Assembly (NCBI GenBank): GCA_964512145.1
Contig: CAZEIM010000001.1
Span: 19,094-83,093, forward strand
DNA from: an uncultured Flavobacteriales bacterium
Lineage (GTDB): Bacteria; Bacteroidota; Bacteroidia; Flavobacteriales_G; JALEGO01
DNA: 64,000 bases
Direction of reading: 5' to 3'
The translations under genes and the position numbers were made by a program. Below are positions 20,098-31,415 of this stretch, one piece after another. Below the pieces are notes generated by a model. The model made no database searches. It saw only the letters and a list, made by a program, of their open reading frames with translations, and was not told the DNA's origin. Numbering within the stretch: the first letter of the stretch is position 1; each line of letters starts with the position of its first letter.

Positions 20098-21078
20098 TTG
20101 AAAGCTACTATTACTGCTGTTGGGGGGTATGTACCCGACTTTATATTAACTAATTCAATTCTTGAATCACTCGTTCAAACAAATAACGAGTGGATTGTAG
20201 AGCGAACTGGAATTCATGAACGAAGAATATTAAACACTAAAGGACTTGCTTCCTCAGATATGGCTGTTGAAGCCATATTGCCTATGTTAAAAAAATATTC
20301 AATAAATGTGCAAGATATTGACTTAATAATTTGTGCAACTACAACTCCAGACATGGTGTTTCCTGCAACCGCTAATATTATTGCAGATAAAATTGGGAGC
20401 ACATCATCATTCGGCTTCGATATTCAAGCTGCATGTTCAGGTTTTTTATATGCTTTAGTTACCGCAAGTAAGTATATTGAAAGTGGCACACATAAAAAAG
20501 TATTAGTTGTTGGAGTAGATAAAATGTCTTCAATTATAGATTATTCCGACCGGGCAACCTCTATAATTTTTGGCGATGGAGCAGGAGTAGTATTGCTAGA
20601 ACCCTCCGAAAATAATACAGGCATCATGGATTCTTGTTTACATAGTAATGGTGTTGGAAGAGTTTATTTACATCAAAAAGCCGGGGGATCAAAGCTGCCT
20701 CCCAATAAAAATACGATCGATCAAAAATTACATTTTGTGTATCAGGAGGGATCGTCTGTTTTTAAATGGGCAGTTGAAAAAATGGCTGATGTTTCGGAAG
20801 AAATCATGTTAAAAAATAATTTAACATCCGATGATGTTCAATGGTTAGTTCCCCATCAGGCTAATAAAAGAATTATTGATGCTACCGCTAAAAGAATGAA
20901 TCTTTCTTTAGATAAAGTTATGTTAAATATTCAGAAATACGGAAATACCACAAGTGCTACCATACCTTTGTGTTTATGGGAATGGGAAAGCAAATTAAAG
21001 AAAGGCGATAATTTGATTCTATGTTCATTTGGAGGAGGATTTACTTGGGGGTCAGTATATTTAAAATGGAATTATTAA
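20098..21078 (+). CDS. fabH: Beta-ketoacyl-ACP synthase III
   Basis: It has the active-site Cys in QAACSGFLYAL, VPHQANKRI and GNTTSATIPL. The start is TTG according to the track. Confidence 0.9.
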   Translation: MKATITAVGGYVPDFILTNSILESLVQTNNEWIVERTGIHERRILNTKGLASSDMAVEAILPMLKKYSINVQDIDLIICATTTPDMVFPATANIIADKIGSTSSFGFDIQAACSGFLYALVTASKYIESGTHKKVLVVGVDKMSSIIDYSDRATSIIFGDGAGVVLLEPSENNTGIMDSCLHSNGVGRVYLHQKAGGSKLPPNKNTIDQKLHFVYQEGSSVFKWAVEKMADVSEEIMLKNNLTSDDVQWLVPHQANKRIIDATAKRMNLSLDKVMLNIQKYGNTTSATIPLCLWEWESKLKKGDNLILCSFGGGFTWGSVYLKWNY

Positions 21079-21087
21079 CTTTGTACT

Positions 21088-22335
21088 ATGAAAAAATCAA
21101 TATTTATATTATCGGTGTATTTAACATACATTAATGGTTTGTTTAGTCAGTATAATTGTACCGATGGGAGGTTTGTGCAAGAGAATTATTTTGATTCAGT
21201 TATTTTAACAGAAAATATTTTATTTGGAGAAAATATTAATGTTGCTTTAACAGGTAATCAAAGTTTATATTTAAATTTTTTTGAACCCTATGGAGATACT
21301 TTATCAAAAAGACCTTTAATCGTTTTAGCTTTTTCCGGGTCATTTGTAGGAGGAGATAAAAGCGAGGTAACTTCTCTTTGTGAGTTTTATGCAAAATTAG
21401 GGTACACTTGTGCTGGAATTGATTACAGGGTGGGTTTTTTCTTTCCGGTAAATGAAGTAAATACTACAAATGCAGTTTTAAGAGCAATGCACGATATGAA
21501 AGCTGCCGTTCGTTTTTTTAAAAAAGATGCAGCAACAGTAAATGAATATAAAATTGATACCAACACGATTGTTGTTGGAGGGATATCTGCAGGTGCTATT
21601 ACTGCTTTACAAACAGCGTTTTTAGATCAAGAATCAGAGATGCCGAGTATAGTATCTCCTTCTAGTATTGGAGGGGTAGAAGGTAATAGTGGTAATGCAG
21701 GTTACACTTCTAACGTGCATGCTGTTTTAAATTTTAGTGGAGCCATAGGGGATACGAATTGGATAGATTTATCGAATAATATTCCCGTTTATAGTGTACA
21801 TGACACGGGTGATGCCATTGTACCTTTTAATACTCGAGAGGTTTTGTTTGGGGGAGTTTTTCCAACCGGATTAGTTGCCAGTGGAAGTAAAGATGTTCAT
21901 GCTAGAATAAAAAATACACTAGCAGAATCTAAATTAACAACATATAATACCAACGGCCATGTTTCATATTTTATGGACTCGCTAAATACGTTATTAATTA
22001 TTAATGAATCTAAATTATTTTTAGAGAATAATGTCGTTTGTAAATATGCAGTAAGTGTAAATGATAAATATAAAGTTAAGGAAGAGTTTGTGGTTTTTCC
22101 TAACCCGATTAAAAATAATAATTTCACTATTGTAAGTTTGTATAATAATCAATATTACAAATCAAATGAAAATGTGTCTTTATCTGTCATTGATCATTTA
22201 GGTAAAGTAGTATATACTCAAATTAATTATATACTAGGGGATAATATTACTCTAGATGATATTGCTCCAGGAAATTATTATTTGAACATACATAATGGAA
22301 ACTCTAATTTTACTTACCCCATAATTAAGCTTTAG
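21088..22335 (+). CDS. Secreted alpha/beta-hydrolase (carboxylesterase-like) with T9SS type A C-terminal sorting domain
   Basis: It has a signal peptide ending ...GLFSQ, the nucleophile elbow GGISAGA, and a C-terminal ~80 aa (FVVFPNPIKNNNFTIV...APGNYYLNIHNGNSNFTYPIIKL) typical of the por secretion tail. Confidence 0.7.
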   Translation: MKKSIFILSVYLTYINGLFSQYNCTDGRFVQENYFDSVILTENILFGENINVALTGNQSLYLNFFEPYGDTLSKRPLIVLAFSGSFVGGDKSEVTSLCEFYAKLGYTCAGIDYRVGFFFPVNEVNTTNAVLRAMHDMKAAVRFFKKDAATVNEYKIDTNTIVVGGISAGAITALQTAFLDQESEMPSIVSPSSIGGVEGNSGNAGYTSNVHAVLNFSGAIGDTNWIDLSNNIPVYSVHDTGDAIVPFNTREVLFGGVFPTGLVASGSKDVHARIKNTLAESKLTTYNTNGHVSYFMDSLNTLLIINESKLFLENNVVCKYAVSVNDKYKVKEEFVVFPNPIKNNNFTIVSLYNNQYYKSNENVSLSVIDHLGKVVYTQINYILGDNITLDDIAPGNYYLNIHNGNSNFTYPIIKL

Positions 22336-22346
22336 CTAAGTAATTA

Positions 22347-24611
22347 TTATTGCGAAACATATTTTTTTATTTTTGGAATAATTTCACTCATATCTTTTAA
22401 TACTTCATTTATTCCCTCTTTATTTAAGATGTTTTTATACAAATCAAGTTCCAATACTTCCAATTTTTCATAACTTTTATTTAACCCTACATATACGAGT
22501 GAAGGTTTAATTTTGTGGACTGTTCGTTTAATGTTTTCAATATTATTGGTTTGCATTGAATTATTAATTTCTTCCATAAATTCAGGCCATTCAACAAGAT
22601 ATTGATTTAACATAATTTTTACTAATTCCTCATCTCCACCTGTCATTTCTTGTAATGAAGTTAAATTAATAATACCCTGAGTGTCGGATTCATGTTTTTC
22701 TAATTTTTTATCCTCTTTGGTAGTATTAATTTTATGAGGGAGGTATTTTTTTAATACTTCAAATATTTCAATTTGTTTAAATGGTTTTAAAACATATCCA
22801 TTCATTCCGGCACTTAAAAATTTCACTTGTTCACCGTTAATGGCATTTGCGGTTAAGGCAATAATTGGGGTGTTTTTTTTGTCTGAATCTGTTAATATTC
22901 TTATTTCTCTAGTTGCTTCCATCCCATCCATTAATGGCATTTGGATATCCATAAAGATTAAATCGTATTTTTTATTTTTAATTTTTTCTACAGCTTCAAT
23001 ACCATTAGATGCAAGGTCTACTTTAATATTCATTTTTTCTAGCACACTATTTAATAGTATTTGATTTAACGGATAATCATCAACGCATAATATTTGGGTA
23101 TTTACAAATTGAATATTTTGATGAATATTTTTATCTAATTCAATTTCTTGTTCTTTAGCTACCATGTATGGAATGGTAAAAAAGAAGTTACTTCCCTCGC
23201 CTTCTTTGCTTAAAACATTAATTTTTCCGGATTGTAACTCTACTAAGTTTTTACAAATGGCAAGACCTAAACCCGTGCCTCCATATATACGAGAGGTTTT
23301 ACTATCGGCCTGTGTAAAGCTATCAAATATTTTGTCTAGTTTATCTGCCGGAATACCAATTCCGGAGTCTTTAATCTCAAATTTAATAACGGCTTCCCCT
23401 AATTCAGTTCCTACATATAACGTATTTACTATTATGCTTCCTTTAGGAGTAAATTTAATGGCATTATTCATTAAATTTATTAGAATTTGCTTTAAACGAA
23501 AAGGATCTCCTAATAAAATATTAGGAATTTTTTCATCATGATTAAACTGTATGGATAATTTTTTTTCTTCTACCTTAAATATCAAAGAATGAATAACTTC
23601 TTCAACAACAGAAACTACTTTAAAGGGTATTTTTTCTAATGTAAATTTTCCGGATTGTATTTTTGAAAAGTCTAATATATCATTTACAATAGCCATTAGC
23701 TGCCCTCCAGAACTATTAATTCCCTGTATGAATTTTTTTTGTTCGTCAGAAATAGAGGTTTGATTTAGCAACTCTGTTAAACCAATTATTGCGTTTAATG
23801 GAGTTCTTATTTCATGACTCATGTTGGCTAAAAATATTTCCTTAGTTTTTTCCGATTCAATGGCTAAATCTTTAGCAGAAACTAATTCATCTTTTTGCCG
23901 TTCAATTTGTTCAAGCATTTCGTTAAATGCACGAATCGTTGAGCCTATTTCATCTTTTCTGTCTTCTTGTATTCTAATTGAATAATCATTGTTTTCTGTA
24001 ATTTCTTTTTCAACCTTTGCAAGCTTTAAAATAGGGTCTGATATCACTCGTTGAAATCGCAGTGATAAAAAGTAAGCAATTAAAATACTCACGATTAATA
24101 GAATTATTCCAATAACAATAAAATAAAAAGTTCTGCTTTTTAGTTCTTCCAAATCTGATACAATATATATACTTCCTAGTTCTTCATTATTTAATACGAT
24201 AGGCCTGAAAACCATTAATTTATCATGTTCAATATTTTCTTCTTTTAGCGATCCTGAAACGCTATAACTAAATACTTTAGGCCAAATATTTTTCTTTATA
24301 GTATCTCTACTGTATGAAGCGAAAATTTCATTATTCTTATCATATATACATGCATTTAAAATATTGTTATTTGCTTTTAATGAATTTAAAGAATGAATAG
24401 CATCTTGTTCGGATGAAAATAAAACGTTGGCGGTATTATTTTCGGCTAAAATATCGGCAATCGTAATTAAATCATTATATAATTTTTGTCTAAAATTAAT
24501 ACTGTCAATTATTATGTATGATACACAGGCTATAAATAAAGCAATGAAAGTAATTAACATGATAATGACAGACAATTTGTATTTTATAGTAATATCCTTA
24601 AACTGAATCAT
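22347..24611 (-). CDS. Hybrid sensor histidine kinase/response regulator with C-terminal HPt domain
   Basis: It has two TM segments flanking a ~130-aa sensor region, then a HAMP domain. Kinase motifs are the H-box SHEIRTPLN, N-box LMNNAIKFT, and G-boxes DSGIGI/GGTGLGLAI. The receiver has FMDIQMPLMDG ... KPF, and the HPt-like His lies in VHKIKPS. Confidence 0.85.
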   Translation of the reverse strand: MIQFKDITIKYKLSVIIMLITFIALFIACVSYIIIDSINFRQKLYNDLITIADILAENNTANVLFSSEQDAIHSLNSLKANNNILNACIYDKNNEIFASYSRDTIKKNIWPKVFSYSVSGSLKEENIEHDKLMVFRPIVLNNEELGSIYIVSDLEELKSRTFYFIVIGIILLIVSILIAYFLSLRFQRVISDPILKLAKVEKEITENNDYSIRIQEDRKDEIGSTIRAFNEMLEQIERQKDELVSAKDLAIESEKTKEIFLANMSHEIRTPLNAIIGLTELLNQTSISDEQKKFIQGINSSGGQLMAIVNDILDFSKIQSGKFTLEKIPFKVVSVVEEVIHSLIFKVEEKKLSIQFNHDEKIPNILLGDPFRLKQILINLMNNAIKFTPKGSIIVNTLYVGTELGEAVIKFEIKDSGIGIPADKLDKIFDSFTQADSKTSRIYGGTGLGLAICKNLVELQSGKINVLSKEGEGSNFFFTIPYMVAKEQEIELDKNIHQNIQFVNTQILCVDDYPLNQILLNSVLEKMNIKVDLASNGIEAVEKIKNKKYDLIFMDIQMPLMDGMEATREIRILTDSDKKNTPIIALTANAINGEQVKFLSAGMNGYVLKPFKQIEIFEVLKKYLPHKINTTKEDKKLEKHESDTQGIINLTSLQEMTGGDEELVKIMLNQYLVEWPEFMEEINNSMQTNNIENIKRTVHKIKPSLVYVGLNKSYEKLEVLELDLYKNILNKEGINEVLKDMSEIIPKIKKYVSQ

Positions 24612-24670
24612 AAAAAAATGTTAATAATTTCACAATATAAAAATATATGTTTTTACAATGCAAAAAAATC

Positions 24671-24678
24671 TAAATTTG
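24671..24678 (+). promoter_or_regulatory. -7 box TAAATTTG (TAnnTTTG) 20 nt upstream of gdhA
   Basis: This is an exact consensus match in the intergenic region. Confidence 0.4.
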
Positions 24679-24697
24679 CCGGATAAATAAATGTTAT

Positions 24698-26050
24698 ATG
24701 TCAACAAAACATCAAAAATCAATAGTACAATTTATGGATCAGGTTCGTAAAAGAAATCCACATGAACCGGAGTTTTTACAGGCAGTACATGAAGTGGCAG
24801 AAAGTATTATCCCTTTTATGGAAGAAAACAAGAAATACAAAGATTCAGCTTTATTAGAGAGAATGGTAGAGCCTGAACGAGTAATTATGTTTAGAGTTCC
24901 TTGGATTGATGATAAAGGAAATATTCAGGTTAATAGAGGTTATCGTATTCAAATGAATAGTGCTATTGGTCCATACAAGGGTGGTTTACGTTTTCATCCT
25001 TCAGTAAATTTGGGAGTATTAAAATTTTTAGCTTTCGAACAAGTATTTAAAAATAGTTTAACTACTTTGCCTATGGGTGGGGGTAAAGGCGGATCAGATT
25101 TTGATCCTAAAGGTAAGTCAGACAATGAAGTTATGAAATTTTGTCAAAGCTTTATGAATGAACTTTTTAGACATATAGGAAATGATACTGATGTGCCCGC
25201 TGGTGATATTGGGGTAGGAGCAAGAGAGGTTGGGTTTATGTTTGGTCAGTATAAAAAACTAAGAAATGAATTTACGGGAGTATTTACAGGTAAAGGATTA
25301 GACTTTGGAGGTAGTTTAATTCGTCCGGAAGCAACTGGGTATGGAGCTACTTATTTTGCGGCAGAAATGTTGGCAACTAAAAAAGATGGCATTAAAGGAA
25401 AAACGGTAGTTATTTCAGGTTCTGGAAACGTTGCTCAATATGCATGTGAAAAAGTTACTCAATTAGGAGGAAAAGTAGTTACATTATCCGATTCGGATGG
25501 TTTTATTTATGATAAAGCCGGAATAAATGCAGAAAAATTAGCATTTATAATGGAACTAAAAAATGTTAAAAGAGGCAGGATTTCTGAATATGTAAAAAAA
25601 TATAAAACAGCAGAGTATCATGCCGGAAAAACCCCTTGGATTATTAAATGTGATATTGCTATGCCGTGTGCAACACAAAATGAATTAAATGAAAAAGATG
25701 CTAAAACTTTAATTAAAAATGGATGTGTTTGTATATCAGAAGGAGCGAATATGCCATCAACACCCGAAGCAGTAAATACTTTTATTGAAAATAAAATTTT
25801 ATATGCTCCTGGAAAAGCTTCAAATGCAGGTGGTGTTGCAACATCTGGATTAGAAATGAGCCAAAACTCTATGAGATATAATTGGACAAGAGAAGAAGTT
25901 GATGCAAAGTTACAAAACATTATGAAAAACATTCATACTTCATGTGTTGAACATGGTAAAGAAGGTAAAAACATTAACTATGTAAAAGGGGCAAATATTG
26001 CTGGATTTGTTAAAGTAGCAAATGCAATGTTAGCTCAGGGAGTGGTTTAA
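24698..26050 (+). CDS. gdhA: NADP-specific glutamate dehydrogenase
   Basis: It has the LPMGGGKGGSDFDPKG catalytic-Lys motif and the GSGNVAQY dinucleotide fold. The length of 450 aa matches hexameric GDH. Confidence 0.95.
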   Translation: MSTKHQKSIVQFMDQVRKRNPHEPEFLQAVHEVAESIIPFMEENKKYKDSALLERMVEPERVIMFRVPWIDDKGNIQVNRGYRIQMNSAIGPYKGGLRFHPSVNLGVLKFLAFEQVFKNSLTTLPMGGGKGGSDFDPKGKSDNEVMKFCQSFMNELFRHIGNDTDVPAGDIGVGAREVGFMFGQYKKLRNEFTGVFTGKGLDFGGSLIRPEATGYGATYFAAEMLATKKDGIKGKTVVISGSGNVAQYACEKVTQLGGKVVTLSDSDGFIYDKAGINAEKLAFIMELKNVKRGRISEYVKKYKTAEYHAGKTPWIIKCDIAMPCATQNELNEKDAKTLIKNGCVCISEGANMPSTPEAVNTFIENKILYAPGKASNAGGVATSGLEMSQNSMRYNWTREEVDAKLQNIMKNIHTSCVEHGKEGKNINYVKGANIAGFVKVANAMLAQGVV

Positions 26051-26075
26051 ATAAAATATTTAATCTTTATTTTTT

Positions 26076-26106
26076 AATAGCTGTTCAGAAAATCTGAACA
26101 GCTATT
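26076..26106. terminator. Bidirectional hairpin terminator between the convergent gdhA and thioesterase genes
   Basis: A perfect 14-bp inverted repeat, AATAGCTGTTCAGA / TCTGAACAGCTATT, has a 3-nt loop. It is flanked by a T-run upstream and TTTTTA downstream. Confidence 0.65.
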
Positions 26107-26107
26107 T

Positions 26108-26623
26108 TTATTTACCATTGAACAATGCTTTTAATTCAGTAGCATCTTGAGGAAGCATTTTTCCGGCTAAAATTAAACTTAATTGTCTTCTTCGAAGGGC
26201 ACTTTCGAATCTTTTCTTTTCTTCTTCAGACTCTGGAATTACAGGAGGAACTTCAATGGGATTACCTATTTGATCAACAGCAACAAAAGTGTATATTGCC
26301 TCATTACATTTTATGATTTCTCTTGTTTTATGATCTTCAACGGTAACATCTATAAATACCTCCATAGAAGTATTAAAAGATCGAGACACCTTTGCAGTTA
26401 ATGTTACCACGTCTCCTAAGCGAATAGGGTGATTAAATGAAACATTATTAACGGAGGCCGTAACCACTACTCTTCTACAGTGACGTTGTGCAGAAATAGC
26501 TGCAATAACATCCATCCAATGTAGTAATTTTCCACCCATTAAGTTCCCTAAAACATTTGTGTCATTTGGAAGCACAATTTCAGAAGAAATGGCTAGTGAT
26601 TCTTTTGCTGATTTACCTTTCAT
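26108..26623 (-). CDS. Acyl-CoA thioesterase (hotdog fold, YciA-like)
   Basis: It contains LPNDTNVLGNLMGGKLLHWMDVIAAISAQRH and VTASVNNVSFNHPIRLGD, typical of the acyl-CoA hydrolase family. Confidence 0.8.
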   Translation of the reverse strand: MKGKSAKESLAISSEIVLPNDTNVLGNLMGGKLLHWMDVIAAISAQRHCRRVVVTASVNNVSFNHPIRLGDVVTLTAKVSRSFNTSMEVFIDVTVEDHKTREIIKCNEAIYTFVAVDQIGNPIEVPPVIPESEEEKKRFESALRRRQLSLILAGKMLPQDATELKALFNGK

Positions 26624-26685
26624 AGGATAAAAATAACAACAAACATACTTAATTTATTATGATAACGTCATACTCTTTTAAAGAA

Positions 26686-28806
26686 TTATCGAACTAATGT
26701 GACGTGTCCAGAGTGTTCATATTTCTTTTTTCCTACTGATGCATAAAGGATGTAATAATATACACCATCAACAGATTCTATGTCATTATTATTTATTCCA
26801 TTCCATTCAATATTTCCAGAGTTTTTAGAGTAAATTTCTTTCCCCCATCTATTAAAAATTTTTAATTCAAATTTTGTAAGACCTGTTGTAGGAATTAGAA
26901 ATGTATCATTAAATCCATCACCATTTGGGCTAAATATATTTGGTATAAATATGTCACAATCTTCAAATACTAAAAAAACACTTTCTTTTGCTTTACAATT
27001 AAATATATCTTTTATTTCAACCCAGTATTCTCCATTTTCGTTCGTTTCAATAAAAGGTTCAGTAGCTCCTGTGTTCCATAAATAACTAATAAACGATGAA
27101 TTTTCAGCAGAAAGAATGAAATTTTCCGGTAAACAATCTACTATATTTTTATTTAATTCAATGTTAGGCTTATTAAATCTTATAAGTATAGTATCTTTTA
27201 GCTCACAGTTATTAGAGTCATTTAATATAACCCAATATTCACCTGTTTTGTTAACAATAATAGATTTTGTTGTATCGCCATTACTCCAAATATAATAATT
27301 CGAAAAATAATTTGCGGATATTTCTAAACTTCCTTCATTCTCACAAATGGTAGTGTCATTTCCTATAAATAAATAGTTTGGATAAATAAAAATATTTATA
27401 CTGTCAGTATATTTACAACCTTTAGTTGATGTTGCCTGTAGCCAATAAGTCCCGGTTGAATTTATGATTATTGAATTAGATGTTTGCCCAGTATTCCATA
27501 AATAAGATTCAGCAACATAGTTAGGAGTAATAGAATAGGGTATTTGTGGGCATAGGATGGTATCGAGTCCTAACGTAAAATATATTGAATTACTATCTAC
27601 AAAAATACTATCGCTAATTTCACAGTTTTTATATGTAACATTTATCCAGTAATTTCCCGGTGTATTAATTAGTATACTATCGTTTACACTACCATCATTC
27701 CATAAATAACTTGACCCTAGATTACTTTCAGCTATTAAATATATTGCATTATTATTACAAATGATAGTATCATTTATTCCGCTAAAAAAATTTCCGTAAA
27801 TAGTAATTTGTTGTATTGAAGTATCTGCAATACCAGCAGTCCAAGAGTATAATGATACAGTAAATGTTCCTGTATCAGGAAAAATAAATGTAGGGTTTAA
27901 ATTCGAGCTAGTATCATAATCTATAGTAGATACTCCAAAGTCCCAAAAAACAGAATCTGGAACCGGATTAATAATAGATGAAAAAACTGTTGAGTCACCA
28001 AGACAATTATTTTCAAAAGTAAAATCGCTACCGCAATTAAAATCTTCAGCTAAACTTATTACATCTGCTGGAATTAAACTATAGGTAGTATACTGGATAT
28101 ATCTTCTTGGTGTAACTCCACTACCCTCTGGATCCCCTAAATTTGGTTCAACTGGACCTGAGTAGGTGTAACCAACAGATGAAATTGCTGCGGCAGCAGA
28201 AAAATCTGTAGCACTATGACCCATAAAAGGAGGTGTAATATGTACTAATGAAATTTCAGCATCTCTAAGTAATTTAAAGTCATTAAAAACTATAAAAGGA
28301 TTTGCAAAATCTGTAGAACTAACTAGTGCAGAACCCATAACTCCAAAAGAAGACCTTAATGCATCAGTATATATTAATATGCCTAATTTTGATGTTGGAA
28401 GTTGGTTTAAGGTATTTGTGGGACTAACTATTTCAGGGTCTGGTATACCATCTAATGCTTTACCGATTAATAACATAGATTCCGAAAGATAATCTCCCAT
28501 TCCAACCTGTGCTTGCCTATCTAAGAAATTTTTTGCGATCAAAGCATCCGATGTAAAGTCATTTTCTATATATATTCTGGGAGATAATCCTTGCATCCCA
28601 TAATGAGCTACTGCTATTCTTGTTCCTGGAACTAATAGAGCCTGATCTATAAAATCGTCTAATGATTGTTTGATAGATAACCAATTGATGGAAAGATTCA
28701 TGGACCCACTATTATCTATAAGTATTATTATGTCTCTAGGGCAATTTGCACGAATGTTAATGAATAATAATGTAGAAAAAATTAGTATATAAAATATTTT
28801 TTTCAT
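26686..28806 (-). CDS. Secreted vWA-domain adhesin-like protein with four internal repeats and a T9SS type B (gliding motility-associated) C-terminal domain
   Basis: It has a signal peptide, the MIDAS motif DNSGSM, and a PKD-like segment (NPTFIFPDTGTFTVSLY). Four ~65-aa repeats centre on Y(L/I)W(N/S)xG. The C-terminus IPNIFSPNGDGFNDTFLI...FNRWGKEIY...WNG...DGVYYYIL...GHVTLVR matches the type B CTD consensus. Confidence 0.8.
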   Translation of the reverse strand: MKKIFYILIFSTLLFINIRANCPRDIIILIDNSGSMNLSINWLSIKQSLDDFIDQALLVPGTRIAVAHYGMQGLSPRIYIENDFTSDALIAKNFLDRQAQVGMGDYLSESMLLIGKALDGIPDPEIVSPTNTLNQLPTSKLGILIYTDALRSSFGVMGSALVSSTDFANPFIVFNDFKLLRDAEISLVHITPPFMGHSATDFSAAAAISSVGYTYSGPVEPNLGDPEGSGVTPRRYIQYTTYSLIPADVISLAEDFNCGSDFTFENNCLGDSTVFSSIINPVPDSVFWDFGVSTIDYDTSSNLNPTFIFPDTGTFTVSLYSWTAGIADTSIQQITIYGNFFSGINDTIICNNNAIYLIAESNLGSSYLWNDGSVNDSILINTPGNYWINVTYKNCEISDSIFVDSNSIYFTLGLDTILCPQIPYSITPNYVAESYLWNTGQTSNSIIINSTGTYWLQATSTKGCKYTDSINIFIYPNYLFIGNDTTICENEGSLEISANYFSNYYIWSNGDTTKSIIVNKTGEYWVILNDSNNCELKDTILIRFNKPNIELNKNIVDCLPENFILSAENSSFISYLWNTGATEPFIETNENGEYWVEIKDIFNCKAKESVFLVFEDCDIFIPNIFSPNGDGFNDTFLIPTTGLTKFELKIFNRWGKEIYSKNSGNIEWNGINNNDIESVDGVYYYILYASVGKKKYEHSGHVTLVR
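26965..27780 (-). repeat. Four tandem ~65-aa protein-level repeats inside the vWA adhesin gene
   Basis: The units are anchored by YLWNDGSVNDSILINTPGNYWINVTYKNCEISDSIFV, YLWNTGQTSNSIIINSTGTYWLQATSTKGCKYTDSINI, YIWSNGDTTKSIIVNKTGEYWVILNDSNNCELKDTILI and YLWNTGATEPFIETNENGEYWVEIKDIFNCKAKESVFL. Confidence 0.65.
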
Positions 28807-28981
28807 TTTATTTTTTCACAAAATTAAAACTTTAATTTATTAAACGTTACATCAACAAGTTTTTAATTTTATATGAATATGTTTTTAAATACAGTATTTA
28901 AATATTTCACCCTTTTTTAGGAAAGCTATTTTTAGTTTAAAAATTAACGCATAAGGTTTTTTGTTTAAAAAGAAAAAAATA

Positions 28982-28989
28982 TACATTTG
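28982..28989 (+). promoter_or_regulatory. -7 box TACATTTG (TAnnTTTG) immediately upstream of atpB
   Basis: This is an exact consensus match. The TTG of the box is the track-predicted start (28987), and the first ATG follows at 28999. Confidence 0.45.
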
Positions 28990-28998
28990 CATCAAAAT

Positions 28999-30274
<1,276 letters not shown>

Positions 30275-30283
30275 AAAATTATT

Positions 30284-30309
30284 AAGGCTCAATTTTGAGC
30301 CTTTTTTTT
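30284..30309 (+). terminator. Intrinsic terminator-like hairpin with T-tract between atpE and atpF (probable intra-operon attenuator)
   Basis: The sequence AAGGCTC-aatttt-GAGCCTT is followed by TTTTTTT. It lies 10 nt after the atpE stop and 50 nt before atpF. Confidence 0.55.
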
Positions 30310-30358
30310 GATTTTAATTAATTATTAATATAGATCCCATTTTTTTAAAAAAATAATT

Positions 30359-30853
30359 ATGGAACTAGTAACCCCTGGAATAGGTTTAATTTTTTGGACA
30401 ACGATCGTTTTTTTAATATTAGTATTACTATTGAAAAAATTCGCTTGGAAACCCATTTTAACATCTGTAAATGAAAGAGAAAAGAAAATAGAAGACGCAT
30501 TATTATTAGCTGAAAAAACAAAAGAAGAAATGGAAAAGATTAAAAGTGACAATCAGTCGCTTTTAAGAGAAGCCAGAGATGAAAGAGATAAGATATTAAA
30601 AGAAGCAAAAGAAGCAAAAGATTTAATAGTAAGTGAGGCTAAAAATATTGCCCAAAAAGAAGCTTCAAAAATTATTGAAAACGCTAGAGGGACTATTGAA
30701 AATGAAAAAATGGCGGCCGTTACTGAGTTAAAAAATCAGGTAGCTACTCTTTCACTTGAAATAGCAGAAAAAATAATTAAACAGGAATTATCAGGAACTG
30801 AGAAACAAAAGGTATTTGTAGAACATTTAATCAATGAGGCAAATCCAAATTAA
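30359..30853 (+). CDS. atpF: F0F1 ATP synthase subunit b
   Basis: It has a single N-terminal TM segment (GLIFWTTIVFLILVLLL) followed by a long charged helix. Its operon position also fits. Confidence 0.85.
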   Translation: MELVTPGIGLIFWTTIVFLILVLLLKKFAWKPILTSVNEREKKIEDALLLAEKTKEEMEKIKSDNQSLLREARDERDKILKEAKEAKDLIVSEAKNIAQKEASKIIENARGTIENEKMAAVTELKNQVATLSLEIAEKIIKQELSGTEKQKVFVEHLINEANPN

Positions 30854-30855
30854 TC

Positions 30856-31410
30856 ATGAAGAATGTTAGAGCTTCACATAGGTACGCAAAAGCACTTTTA
30901 GATCTTAGTATCGAAAGGAATATTATACAAAGTGTATATGAGGATGCTCAAACATTTGTATCAATATGTAAGGAATCTAGAGAATTTATTTTGTTTCTTA
31001 AAAGCCCTGTAATAAAACCTAGCCAAAAGAAAAGCTTAATTGAAACGATCTTTAAATCAAAATTCAATGAATTAACGTATGCTTTTTTTAATATAGTTAT
31101 TTCTAAAGGAAGAGAAAGTATTTTGCCGGAGATAGCTTATGCTTTTATTGAAGAGTATAAGCAACATAAAGGTATTGTTACCGCTGAAGTTACAACAGCT
31201 GTACCTTTAGATAATAATACAAAGTCTAGTATAATTTCTTTATTGAATAAAAATAAGCAAGAGGTAGAAATTATTGAAAAAATTGATTCTTCTATTTTGG
31301 GAGGATTCATTATTAAAGTGGGAGATAAGCAAATTAATCAAAGTGTTAAAAGTAAACTTTTACAATTAAAATACGAGTTTAGTCAAAATTTATACGAATC
31401 TAAATTATAA
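30856..31410 (+). CDS. atpH: F0F1 ATP synthase subunit delta (OSCP)
   Basis: It has the RYAKALLDL start motif and a C-terminal [22 protein letters not shown]. Its operon position also fits. Confidence 0.85.
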   Translation: MKNVRASHRYAKALLDLSIERNIIQSVYEDAQTFVSICKESREFILFLKSPVIKPSQKKSLIETIFKSKFNELTYAFFNIVISKGRESILPEIAYAFIEEYKQHKGIVTAEVTTAVPLDNNTKSSIISLLNKNKQEVEIIEKIDSSILGGFIIKVGDKQINQSVKSKLLQLKYEFSQNLYESKL

Positions 31411-31415
31411 TAATT

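Noticed and set aside
28987-28998. The track TTG start of atpB (MHQNMKKQ...).
   Set aside because: The TTG is the last three bases of an exact TAnnTTTG -7 box. The ATG at 28999 gives a normal N-terminus.
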